From Octopus bimaculoides (taxonomy: Eukaryota), in assembly GCF_001194135.2 (NCBI RefSeq), contig NC_068991.1, positions 75,439,445 to 75,503,444 on the forward strand: a stretch of DNA of 64,000 bases, given 5' to 3'. Made by a program: the position numbers and the translations under genes. The notes under the pieces were generated by a model that did no database searches, was not told the origin of the DNA, and saw nothing but the letters and a program-made list of their open reading frames with translations. Positions 51,546 through 64,000 of this stretch are shown here, in pieces (the first letter of the stretch is position 1; each line of letters begins with the position of its first letter).

Positions 51546-52254
51546 ATAGAACACACGTTCATTAAATGCTTTTTGAATAGAGGGAACCTAATCTAGCTAG
51601 TGACTCCTACTGAAAGTTTCTGCTGTTGTTTCCACCTCAATAATCCTTGATAGGAGGCTTCGATATACATTTATTATTTGTTACTGAAGTGCAGTGGTTA
51701 TATATCCACTTAATTGAGCTGATCTGATTTAGCCTAGTTCTTCCGAGTTCTTCATTCAGAAAGAACACATGGGAAATCATTAAATACGATGGCGCTCTAC
51801 CAACTGTAAAGTTATTCTCTGTAATGTCGACTGCCTCCACCATGCTCCAGGTGAAGACATGACATTTAACTCTGTGTACCCCAGTCCATCTAGCTGTAGA
51901 ACCTGTCAGAAAGTTATATACCTATTCTGTTATTAGAAATAATGCATAAATTATATTGTTGAATTTTTCTCAAACTATGGAATTCCGATTTGCAAACTCT
52001 CTCACAGCTAAAACAACCTCATTCACTTCATAACTTTATTTTCATTTCATAACTTTATGGTGCTGTGACGGTTGTAAATTGGAACTACCTGTATCATGAT
52101 TAAGTTTACTTGTACTTTGTCACAATATAAGGTGTCAAGATGCATTTTGGACTTGATAAATTATTCACATGGTTTACCTCACCAGAAGAAAAACAACGAA
52201 TCAGATTTATACAAACTCATGTAAGTTAACTCTGCATTACAATTATCAGGATCT

Positions 52255-52644
52255 TTTTCGGAGGAAGGTGCAGATCGATTGCATTGACCTCAGTACACAA
52301 CTGGTACTTATTTTATCGACCCCCGAAAGGATGAAAGGCAAATTCGACCTCGGTGGAATTTGAACTCAGAATGTAAAAACTGGCGTGCTAACGATTCTGA
52401 CAGCTCGCTACCTTGTGGTATATTAATATTTATTTCTCATTTTGGCACAAGGTCTTAAATTTCAAGGGAGGAGATAAGTCGATCACATCGACCTCAGTGT
52501 TCAGCTGGTACTTGTTTCATCGACTGAAAAAAGTCGAAAAGTAAAGTCGACTTTGGCAAAATTACCACTCAGAACTTAAAAACGGAAAAAATGCCGCTAA
52601 GCATCTTGCTGAAGGTGCTAATGATTCTTCCCCATCGCCGCCTT
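52255..52644 (-). mobile_element. Two tandem SINE family B copies; the second (52431-52644) has a 16-bp TSD
   Basis: GTGGTAT(A/C)TTAATATT at 52415-52430 and 52645-52660. Confidence 0.85.
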
Positions 52645-55377
52645 GTGGTATCTTAATATTAAATGAAGTGATGCTAATAATTAATGACTCATAAGTATCC
52701 ACGGAAACAGTACTTAATTCCATTTTCCCGTAATATCAAGTGAGAAATATACATTTCCCTATAGCTGTATATTGCAGCTAACTTATCTTCGGAGAGGAAT
52801 TGAAGTTGAGTAATACAAGCCAGCAAAACATTCGCCGGATTCACTGTTGTACACCTACATTCACCAATGAACTGTATTACATGTTACCTATTAGAAGTGA
52901 GTGCTTTCATATATTGAGTTAAGTGTTTTAATTACAAACGCAAAGCAGTTGCACGATCAAGGTAAACACCAGCAAATTCGTCGTTCTGTTTTTTTTTTTT
53001 TACGTCCATTAAAATCATTTATCTCAGCCATATTCAGTTCCGGAAGTAATCGTAAGTATGGAAATTATTAATAATGCAAATGGTATTAACACACTATATG
53101 GTGATAAGAAAAACCTTTAATTAATCAAGAATCTATCTGTGTTGGTAGAAGGTAAACATTGAACGAATGATCAAATCTTCCACAAAGAGGTATTGGCGAT
53201 AAGAAGGGGTCGATAACACTAAATATTTAAAAAAAAAAAAAAAAAAGTTCAGAAGAAAGTGGCAGCACGTGAATCTTAAATTATTGAAATTTGTTAAAAT
53301 TGATTACAATTTATCAAAGCGTATGCTGAAGGGGACACGTGATGATGTCGATGTAGTAGTATTTTTTAAAGATGATGGGATAGCGCAATGAGGTGCAGCG
53401 TTGGTGCTTGCAAAGCTCATTCTGATTGCACAGACCTATAAACTTTGTACCCACGGCCATATGTACTATACCTGTGACTAGATTATCAACGTTGTCTTTT
53501 GATTTATTATTGTACAATAATATTCTTTCGTTTTTCAGAAGTATTGGATGTAATTTGAAGGAGATTTGGTTCTTAATTTTAGCAGGTCAGACGACCACGT
53601 ATTTGCTCTGCAAGCTTTTGTTACAGTTAGTCTATATGGTAATGTGATAATTTTGCTGATGATGGTAGCAGTGATGTTGGTGTCAGTGTTCATCACGGTG
53701 GTGCTGATTGTATCAGTGCAATACAATAGATAATTTTTTTGTGTTACAGAAGAGATGTTGTTAATAGTGGTCATCGTTGAGATAATGAAGATGGTGCCGG
53801 TCATTGGTTGGTTAGATCTGTAATTCATCAAAGTATCACAGTGTTCCGACTGGTGACGGTGAGAACAGAATTAAATATAGATGTGTCATGTGATGCAGCT
53901 CTGAGATGTTATGTTAGTGGTGCTATTGCTGCTGTTGTTTAAATGCATATCAGGCTTGATCAAACAGTACCAAGATCAATATTCGTGTTTTTGGTTATTT
54001 CACTTTTTAACTTTCAGGTTTAAAAATAAATGGATATCTGATGGATTCGACGATGAGAATCCAATTGTTCAATCAAGTCGTTAGTAGAGGGGAGAAAAGT
54101 CAGTCTTAAGTCAAATAAAATATACAGCAATGACAGCCAAAAGTGAATGCATAGTACAGAGAATAAAACACAAGAAAAGAAGTGAAAATTAAAAGAACCA
54201 ATAATAGGAAAGGGAACATGGACACATCAAGTGTCATGTAGGCAGATTTTGGAAAGCATGGTATTTTTGAAGGGTGTTGTATCCTGATAACTAATAACAT
54301 ATACGGTAAGTTCATTGCCTGCTTCAACAATTCTGAGCATGAAAACAAATTGATTCTAAAGGTCATGGGCGCTTTTCTTTTTATGGTTTGTTAAGCATGT
54401 TCACGGTTGTTAGAAGTATTGAATTGATAAAGGTGACCAAAGTTGCTGGGAAGATGGTGGATAATCTACTGAGTCAGTTGCAAAATGTCGAAGCTTTAGT
54501 GTGTCGATGCCCAGTGAAGCAAGGTATTCAACATGACTGACCGAGGGTATTTGTCCGTTTGCATGTGTCTGGAAAGCTTCCAGCAGATAAAGTCATTTCC
54601 GCCATGATACCCCCGACCTTTTGCAAATATTTGTGAGTGGATATGCGATGTAATGACGGAAAGAATACGAACTGAAGACTAGTTCAAATATCTGAGAGAC
54701 ATTTCAACCTGTAAAGGATTTTCACATCAGTTTGAAGAAAAACTTTTCGCTTAAAACCAAGAAGGTATCTAGTGTTGATGAAAAGCACTAAAATGTTCGA
54801 AGTGCATCCATGAATCTAAGAGAGAGCGTTTTGATCTAACTATGGTGTTTTAATATATTTTTGTCTTAAGCGAAAATTATTATCTCCATGACAAAGTGCA
54901 GTGAAAAACCTTTGAAACATAATTGAACTGGTTTTAAGTTTGTATCCAGTCCTCTGTTCTATAATGAAACCTTTCATGTTTTTAAGACAATGTGGTGTAA
55001 TTTGCTGTTATATATATAACATTGAGCAGTCACTTTGTATCTCTCCCCACTTCTCGTTGACTCACCAACCATGTAGAAGTTTCCAAGTTGGTGGTTGTGA
55101 TGTTGGTAGTGAAGATAATCACACACTTGGTGTTATGCACTGGTGCATGATAGTGACAACATTATTGCCGATGTTCGTATAACTTGCATACGTTTTGTCT
55201 TCTTTATTAATGTTGTTGTTGGCGACAATAATGCTGTTTTATGTCATCTGTCTGTGAAGCAATTATATATTTTATAGCTGTTTACAACATAATAATTTAC
55301 AGGCACATAAACACGCAGATTCAAGTTATAACGTGTAGAATATGAGTGTGCATGACTATATAAATGTATGCATGTAT

Positions 55378-55460
<83 letters not shown>

Positions 55461-55816
55461 TATATATATATATATTCGTGTTTTTGCATAAATAATAGAT
55501 TAACCGAACAAGTACATATACAGAATAGAAATTTATAAGTTATAATGAGAAACTTTGAAGTTTCACTGGTAATTGATTATTCAAACCAGTGTAAGTTATG
55601 TTAACACTACTCTTGCAACCAACATACTTAATACACACATACATATACATACATACGTGCATAACAGCATGCATATACACGCATACACACACACACAAAC
55701 ATATGTAAATACATCGGTGTATTAACAAAAAATATGAAGGCTCGACAAGTTTTTGGGAAGGTAAATATTTGTGGTAACAGTTTGTGAATTTAACTTGAAT
55801 TACTCAAATTTTAACA

Positions 55817-55972
<156 letters not shown>

Positions 55973-56269
55973 CATATAAGGTAGTGAGATTCAAAATCAT
56001 TTCGGTACAGGCTGTTCGTTAGCCTAAAGCATAGACACGGCTTATATAGGTAACGTGAAACAGAGAATACTCGACCAATAAGGGTTATTAATCAACGTAT
56101 GTTGCACACTTCGTCCCATGTTGAATTAGGTATTCAGATAAGATGATGCCACTACACAACTCAAATATGTAGCAAAAAAAAGTTGGTCTGTGATTATAAA
56201 TCAGTTGGTGTAGGGAATGGTGTCGGTAAAAACAAACTACATATGTTTGTAAGGGAAACAGAACGAAAT

Positions 56270-57345
56270 GTAGGTAAAAGAAAAAAAAACACATAACATA
56301 TTTTCCCAAGGGAAACCCAACGGCGGTTATGCAACTTAAGGTAGTATCAAGCATATATACTTTGCTTCCATTGTTGTTGGTGGAGCAATTTCTTCCAAGT
56401 TCATTGAAATTACTTGTTTTCAACAAAGAACCTGTAAACCAGGGAAACAGAACGGAAGTTATGTAACTTAAGGCATTACGTGTGTGCTCATCTTTCTTCT
56501 TCTTCTTCTTCTTCTTCTTCTTCTTCTTCTTCTTCTTCTTCTTCTTCTTCTTCTTCTTCATTCTTCTTCTTCTTCTTCTTCTTCTTCATTCTTCTTCTTC
56601 ATTCTTCTTCATTCTTCTTGTTCTTGTTCTTGTTCTTGTTCTTGTTCTTGTTCTTGTTCTTGTTCTTCTTGTTCTTCTTCATTCTTCTTGTTCTTCTTCT
56701 TCTTCTTCTTCTTCTTCTTCTTCTTCATTCTTCTTCTTCATTCTTCTTCATTCTTCTTCTTCTTCTTGTTCTTGTNNNNNNNNNNNNNNNNNNNNNNNNN
56801 NNNNNNNNNNNNNNNNNNNNNNNNNNNNNNNNNNNNNNNNNNNNNNNNNNNNNNNNNNNNNNNNNNNNNNNNNNNNNNNNNNNNNNNNNNNNNNNNNNNN
56901 NNNNNNNNNNNNNNNNNNNNNNNNNNNNNNNNNNNNNNNNNNNNNNNNNNNNNNNNNNNNNNNNNTTCTTCTTCTTCTTCTTCATTCTTCTTCTTCTTCT
57001 TCTTCTTCTTCTTCATTCTTCTTCTTCATTCTTCTTCATTCTTGTTCTTGTTCTTGTTCTTGTTCTTGTTCTTGTTCTTGTTCTTCTTCTTCTTCTTCTT
57101 CTTCTTCTTCATTCTTCTTCTTCTTCTTCTTCTTCTTCTTCATTCTTCTTCTTCTTCTTCTTCTTCTTCTTCTTCTTCTTCTTCTTCTTCTTCTTCTTCT
57201 TCTTCCAAGTTCAATGAACTTGGAAGAAATTGCTACACCAACAACAATGGAAGCAGAGTATATATGCTTGATACTACCTTAAGTTGCATAACCGCCGTTG
57301 GGTTTCCCTTGGGGAAATATGTTGTGTGTTTGTTTTTAACTACAA
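56270..57345. repeat. About 120-bp inverted duplication flanking a TTC/TTCTTG/TTCATT satellite with an N gap
   Basis: 56287-56407 is the near-identical reverse complement of 57208-57335. The satellite spans about 56492-57205. Confidence 0.9.
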
Positions 57346-57528
57346 CATTCCATACACACACGTTATACTGTATATATTATGTGTATATAATACATAAACA
57401 TACATAAACACACACACATGTATAATAACGATAATAGAAAATTTAGACAAATACGTATAATTAGATTGGTGTGTTTAAATATTGAGTAGAGCACCGACAC
57501 AGTTTAGGCTACCTTTTGTCATCCCTAC

Positions 57529-57566
57529 CTGAAGAGACCCAAACCGATATGTCGAAACATGTTGTA
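57529..57566 (+). ncRNA. Minimal hammerhead-like motif (Penelope type)
   Basis: CTGAAGA GAC-12nt-GTC GAAAC ATGTT GTA, with palindromic AACATGTT in stem III. Stem I is not evident. Confidence 0.45.
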
Positions 57567-59277
57567 CCTAATAAAAGTCTAATACGAAATCCATCTACTA
57601 TTAATTAATACTATATGTATGTATATATATATTTATATATGTAATATATATACACACGCATATTTATATATGAGTATGTGTGTGTCTTTGCGTGTGTGTG
57701 TGGACAATGATGCAAATAAACAGATAGAACCCTTTTTGGTTCGATATACAGAATATACATACATGTATACATGTAAATTAAGTAAAAGCAAAAACTGAAA
57801 GTTGAAAAAATCAAAAGAGAGAAAAGTAAGGTATTTCAAATCCGACAGCTGTTTCTGGGGGACCGGAGTTGCTGTTGGCAGATGTAGTTCACCAAAAATT
57901 TGCAATCAGTAATGAAAGCAAAATTCATTGGCAAAACCGAGCCTTCTTCCGGGTGGAGAGATTAACTCGGTGTTATTTGAACTCGGAAGGAAAACAGTTG
58001 CCTTAAAGACCGTAAAAACCATTTTTGATTGCAGAAACTCTAACATTCGTTACCTTATATAGCAATAAATGTTATGTTTGTATGTAATATATTGAGTAAA
58101 AAAGCCTCACGCTGGATGGAACAGAAAACGATCGAAGGCTACGTGCGAAATACAAACCTGCATCTTCTATACCCAAGACAGAGTACAAATTGCTTTCTCT
58201 TTTCCCTGGCAAAGGATTTTAAAGGAATATATCACATGCTATTATTTATAGTTGTATCCACTCTGAGACACCCATCACTCTTAAAAGAATTTACGAAGGT
58301 TTTAGTTTGTAAAGGACAGTATTTCGAAATGTGCTAAAAATATTGTCATGATAGATTTGATGGCAAGCTATATTAGCATCTCTGAAAAATTGTCAGTATT
58401 AAAAAACTGTATATTTTATAACGTCGTAAAAATTCAAAATATTCATAAAGTGAAAATTCAACATTTATTTGTTTTAATAAGATATCTATAAAAATTACAG
58501 TGGTATGGTGGCCAGACAAGCGATTTAATCTGAGACCGTGTATTGAAATTAAAACAACTGCAGCGTGTAAAACATATTAACCATTCAAAAATGCACAAAG
58601 GCTGTTAACTTCACTTAAACATTTATTTGGTGTCAAAATTTCTATTGCACTAAGTGCAACCTGGTTATTGACGCGATTCCACTGCATCTAGCTTGTGGTG
58701 AGGTTGTTGGTATATATAGGTTATAAATTTATATTTTTTTTTTGTAAACCAGTCGTTCTGGTTGTGTGTTCATAGCTGATCAGTCAACTTGGTGTTTAGT
58801 TGTATTTCCCGTACCCTCTCTTCTTTCTCGACTTCTCTCTTTATTTGAAGTGGTATACAGTGATTGGGAAGATTAATGACCGCAAAGAAGTGAAGCTACC
58901 AGAACCTACCAGAGAACAGAGACAATAGCAGCAGCAGACGCGACAGTAGCAGCAGTAGTAAAAATTGTATTTTGATTAATACTTAAATTAATTAAGAGTA
59001 TGTATTAGTGGGAAACGAATGACTTATTTCAAAGGGAAATGAAACAAATGTAACCTTTTATTTTTCTCTTTTATCTTTTACTTGTTCCAGTCATTGAATT
59101 GCAGCCATGCTGGGGAACCAACTTGAACTGTTCAACCAAACAAATGAACTCCAAAATATATAAACATATATGCATTTTCTGCGTTGAAAGGAGAAGCGGT
59201 AATGAGTGACAATTTTGTAAACAATAATGATTTCAAATTCTGTAAATAATAATAATTATGACTTTAAAGCTTATAAA

Positions 59278-59479
59278 CGATCACCGTGTATTGGCTAGAG
59301 AAAATAGTATACTATTGGGGTATATGAGCCCTCGGCGGCAAAAAGTGTGTGTTTTTCTGTCGAGGGCTTATATGCCCCAATATTAGACTATATTCTTTAG
59401 CCGATACACGGTGAACGCTTGAATTTGCGCCTGTATCAATGGATTTTGACTCTCAAAATCCATTGATATGATCGCAAAT
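59278..59479 (+). repeat. Two adjacent long hairpins (about 66-bp arms, and 16 perfect bp extending to 57 nt)
   Basis: 59278-59344 pairs with 59352-59417. TATCAATGGATTTTGA-CTC-TCAAAATCCATTGATA at 59434-59468, extended by ATTTGCG/CGCAAAT. Confidence 0.9.
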
Positions 59480-59611
59480 GCAGCGACGTAAAAGCTTTCT
59501 CGAATAAATAGATAAATGAATGAGTGGGAATTGAACCATTAAGCGTGTAATATCAAGACACTATGACTCTCCTCAGATACAAAATATTTTATTGATTTTT
59601 AAAGTCTGATA

Positions 59612-59935
59612 CCGAACCATTAAGTTACGCGGGCGTAAACAAACACCGGTTGTTTAGCAGTGAGGGAAACAAGCAGAAATACACAGATACGTATGCACAC
59701 ACACACACACATACACACACACACACACATTTATATACACATACACGCACAGATGCACGCGTATGTGTACATACGACGGGTTTGCACACATTGGCCGTCA
59801 AGCAAATTCACTCACAGGGCATTGTTTTGTCCTGGGGTATAGTAGAAAACACTTGCCCAAGGTACTATACAATGGAAGCGAACCAGAAATCACATGGCTG
59901 CAAAGCAAGCATCTAAATTACACAGCCATGCTTGT
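59612..59935 (-). mobile_element. SINE family A (head to mid-body), diverged
   Basis: ACGACGGG..AAATTCACTCACA..TATAGTAGAAAACACTTGCCCAAGGT..CACAGCCATGC. Confidence 0.8.
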
Positions 59936-60039
59936 GCTGAAAGAGGAAATGCATTTACAACTTATTACTATTACTATTAAACCAATAACTTAATAAGCTC
60001 TATTAAATATACATTATTGTCTCACAGTCTCAGCTCCTG

Positions 60040-60760
60040 TACTTTCAAGTACACTGGATGACCCGTTGATGCCACTGGTTTCGGTTTAACTGCGGTTTTT
60101 CTATGAATCTGGTTTTGTGATATTGACCTTTCTTATTTCTTTATTGCCCACAAGGGGCAATAAAGGGGACAAACATAGAGGGGACAAACAAGGACAGACA
60201 GGGATTAAGTCGATTACATCTACCCCAGTACGTAACTGGTACTTAATTTATCGACCCCGAAAGGATGAAAGGCAAAGTCGACCTCGGTGGAATTTGAACT
60301 TACAACATAACGGCAGACGAAATACCGCTAACCATTTCGCCCGGCGTGCTGACGTTTTCGCCAACTCACCGCCTTTGATATTGACCTTTCTCCCTTCGGT
60401 TATAAATGTTCTGCGCCATGAACTTTTCGGTTTTATTCTCTCTTTTCGATACAGCGGTGTCAATTTGAAAGCTGTTTTAGAATGGCGTCCTTCTGGTAGC
60501 CGAGTGATGCAGCCTGCTAATTTTAATCTTCGTTCCGTTATGATTTCGCTAAGTGGTCTTGTATTATCAGTCTTTAGAATATGTCCATTGATTATATAGT
60601 CTTGCCAGTTTGTTCTCAGAATCTTTCTCAAGCATCTGTATCAGATATACTTAATTTTCTGTCGATTTCACGGTGCTTTTGCACGTCTCACTGGCGTAGA
60701 GACCTATCGACATCTTTAACCTTTGGCACACTGTAGGCACATCATGTCACCGTATGAGTT
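60040..60760 (-). mobile_element. RTE-clade LINE 3' end, interrupted by a SINE
   Basis: GLYASET..RKILRTNWQDYIIN..ITERRLKLAG..RLPEGR..WRRTFITE, continuing beyond the SINE with QWHQRV. Confidence 0.75.
60134..60375 (-). mobile_element. SINE family B, tail B2, full length, with a 16-bp TSD
   Basis: TGATATTGACCTTTCT at 60118-60133 and 60376-60391. Confidence 0.95.
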
Positions 60761-62115
60761 TTCTACCGAAGCTCAGGGGGAAAAAAATTCTAGAATAAAT
60801 GCAGAAAATACACCTTGAATTTTAACCAACGCTAATTGTATCGTTAATATGCTTTATGCACAATAAAAAATTCCAGGTGAAACCGAATTATGCACCTACT
60901 CATTAAAACATGCAATCTTATTTTGTCTTTTTCCTTATGTTAATACACTGTAGGGTGATGTATTTCTTAAGTTATATTCCAATATATTCACTTATACTAA
61001 CTTACGAAACTTATATTGGTTGATTATATAATGCCATTGTCTCAAGCTATACAAAGTTACTCTAAATAACACGTAGTCCAAACACATATTTTACTAATAT
61101 TAGCCAAACCTGTAAAAGATATTGCTATTTTAAGATAAGTGAGCAATTGTAGTTTTATATTTGTTTAACACGACAAATTTCTCTATGTAACGACATGCTG
61201 TTTACACACATATGTTGCAGCTCTGTAGAAGTCAATATTATTTTAAGATACGCATCCTTCATATACATCACTTTGAACACTTTAACAAGTATAAGATATT
61301 TGTCATCTTATTCAAACTTCTAACCGATATCTACTACTCTTTTAATTTCTTATTTTAATCCACGTTATCAACTTCATATATATATATATATNNNNNNNNN
61401 NAAGTTGATAATATGGATTAAAATAAGAAATTAAAAGAGAAGTGAAATGTAGGTATGTATATGTAAATTTGTATATGTGCATATATATGTCTCTGTGTAT
61501 GTGCGCGCGCGTGTTTTTCTGCTTATATTCCAATGCCATCCATTTTCATTTTATTTGATAAAGTATTTTTTCTTTATGTTGTTAGTATTTGAATAATGCA
61601 TTTGTTTCAATGTACACTAAAATGCTCTCTGTAAAAGCTTATAGTTTATACATATGCATATTATCCATTTGACCCAATCCTGCAAAAGAAAAATGTGCTT
61701 CGCTGAAATGGCAAAACAGGAGGGAAAATACAAAGAAGTATTGATCCATTCAGTTACTGTAAAAGTTAATGTTTGAAATATTAGAATAAAGTTATGAAGT
61801 TAAGACCAAATCTATTTTTAGGCAAAGATTCTCCCTGGGTTAAAAGAATCAGACAACACAGATTCATTTGACTTCAATATTGGGTGCTTTTATAGTAAGT
61901 ACAGAGATATAGCGTATAATATATATTCTAAATACACTACATGAGAAAATTTGCTGCGGAAAGCATTAATCTTTTTAGACATGATGTTCTGGTTATATTC
62001 TAAAATACAATTGACAGTCACGTGCTCTGTTTGCTAGAGGCTGCTGCATAATGGTAGTGAGGGAGAGAGAGGGGGAGGGGGAGACAGGAAAAAGAGACAA
62101 AGAAAAACAAAGAGA

Positions 62116-62174
<59 letters not shown>

Positions 62175-62309
62175 GGTGCTGAAAGGGAGAGAATCACTTC
62201 TAAGCTTTTTTCTCGTGTTTTGTGTTAAAAATTCTAATCGGAATGTGAAAAATGGAGAGAGAATATATATTTCTCATATGATTTTAAAATGAATAATGGA
62301 ATAGTCATG

Positions 62310-62350
62310 CATGTTACCGTTTCACCTTATTTGCGACTCATCAGCACGAA
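62310..62350 (-). ncRNA. Degenerate hammerhead-like motif
   Basis: CGTG CTGATGA GTCGCAAATAAGGT GAAAC G GTA A CATG on the minus strand. Confidence 0.35.
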
Positions 62351-62689
62351 ACAACTCGAGTTTTAAAGTTTTATTTTTATCTTCAGAAAACTCGGCTTGA
62401 AAATGAACCATTACCACTAATTTAAGTATGATAAACTTCCTAGATATTCTCCTCAATTTAACAGCAATGTATAAAAACAATAACCAATAATAAAAAAAAA
62501 CCCACATAAGTATAAACCCAAGCCATTCACTTATATTCTTAAAAAATCTAATAATCTTTCGTCACACATCCTGTGACCTCTTCAGTTACTCTCCAACCCA
62601 CATTCCGAAAGATTTCCAGAGAAAAGACTGGAGAGACAGAATGGACTAAATAGAACAAGAGGAGTCGAGTGGCATGGAGAGTTGTTGAA

Positions 62690-63468
62690 GAGGTCTAACT
62701 AATAATATCAGGAAAAAATATCTTAGCAGTTGTCGAATAAATAAGCGCTTCTAAATTTTCATGTACTATTATAAAGCAATAGAATCTTCACAATTCAAGG
62801 ACAGTACCACATATAACACAAAACCCAATGCAGTCAGAGTTTAAGGAATGATACTGCAGTATTCTCTATTTAACACATTCTTTTCTTTAAGTATTTTGTC
62901 AAATCAACTCAGAATTTTCTAACGTCAATAGATAAGTATTTCCATTTTAAACATTGAGAAAGAAAACTGGCAAATAGAAACAACGTTAAAATGAATTCCA
63001 GATGCACCGGTTATATGAACAACATAAACATATGTAACTCTACTAAATTAATTGAGGTTAAATGTATACGCAGAACTAGAAAGACAAGCTTTCTTAATTA
63101 GTCTCGAAGATCCAAAGAGGTCATGTATGAAACAGAAGTCTCTACTCAAAAGAAACTTCATGTAGTAAACGAACACTACGTAACTATTCTGGAAAATAAA
63201 ATGAAATAAAGAGGAAATGTACTACATTTCAGAAATATGTTTTCTCCAGATGTATAGAAAAGAGTGCAAAAAAGAAAAAAAGAAAAAAAAAAACACATCT
63301 ATTTATGCCTGGAATTTGAAAGAGCAGGCTTCTGGTTTTCAGTATCGAATGGAAGCGATGAAGACCACATCAAAAGGAAACTTAATGATATTGCTGACAT
63401 TAGAAACATACGAATTGATAAACACAAGAACGGAAATACTTAGAAAATGTTACTACATTGATAAGTAA
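62690..63468 (+). mobile_element. Decayed Penelope-like element (RT thumb/linker plus GIY-YIG)
   Basis: FNTFFS (WFNPPFS), FLTSIDKYF, NRNNVKM, VMYETEV, IYAWNLKE and LINTRTEILRKC follow the PLE C-terminal motif order. Confidence 0.6.
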
Positions 63469-63868
63469 CTCTTAAAAATAGGCCGACAACACCTCCAACC
63501 GGTTAAAGAGATCAATAATTAAGTATAACATACGTTCCTTATTTTATAACTTTACGCATTCTAATATTTGTCGATTTTTCGTACGGATCAATATTTTTCT
63601 GCATTTTCCTCTTTTTAATACTTTAATTGATATGATCGAATTCACTGTACCAATTGCAACTCTTTCTACTTTCACGTATACTCCGGCATTAATTTAATTT
63701 TATCTCATCCGACTTTTCTTTTGCCAATACAGCATGTTCGTTATATAATTTTACTTTTAGTTGATTTATGATTTAACAAAGTGTATAAAATTAAACTTAC
63801 AAGAACACAAACACACACACATACACACCCCCACATAACCACACGTACATATAAATACATACGTACAT

Positions 63869-63912
<44 letters not shown>

Positions 63913-64000
63913 GTATATATATATATATATATATTGTTGTACTTGGGGATGGTCATATTGCCAGTTTAGCCAATAAAAACACACGCACTGTATATTTGTT

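Noticed and set aside
53538-53640. Apparent plus-strand exon (TTTTTCAG|..LKEIWFLILAG..|GTAATG)
   Set aside because: The core TTGAAGGAGATTTGG..TTTAGCAGG recurs near 14210 and in related form near 6630 and 21630, so it is a repeat fragment.

Overview
AT-rich, repeat-dominated eukaryotic DNA from a gappy short-read assembly (12 N-gaps, nearly all flanked by TA or triplet microsatellites). The SINE types and microsatellite load suggest a coleoid cephalopod, probably Octopus (inference). I found no intact host protein-coding gene, rRNA, true tRNA or CRISPR array, so the window reads as intergenic or intronic. It holds layered, mostly decayed mobile elements: four tRNA-derived SINE types (my labels A, B, C, E), mariner and hAT transposons and MITEs, RTE and R4/Dong-like LINE remnants, Penelope-like remnants with minimal hammerhead-like motifs, and an internally deleted Helitron. 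The main finding is a minus-strand element at about 14.9-17.3 kb. It encodes only a gag-like ORF1 (RRM-like region plus CCHC knuckle) with no ORF2, has a 28-bp tandem array in its 5' region, and shares a covarying 3' stem-loop plus AATAAAGAA tail with one SINE subfamily. It also shares 5' and 3'-flank sequence with a second SINE family. This suggests a half-LINE/SINE system dependent on an RT encoded elsewhere. Other highlights are a double hairpin with one-sided G-U pairing (59.3-59.5 kb), a SINE dimer inside one TSD-like repeat, an STPR-like Helitron, and a fold-back inversion around a TTC satellite. All alignments and folds were done by eye, and boundaries are approximate unless a TSD or TIR is given.
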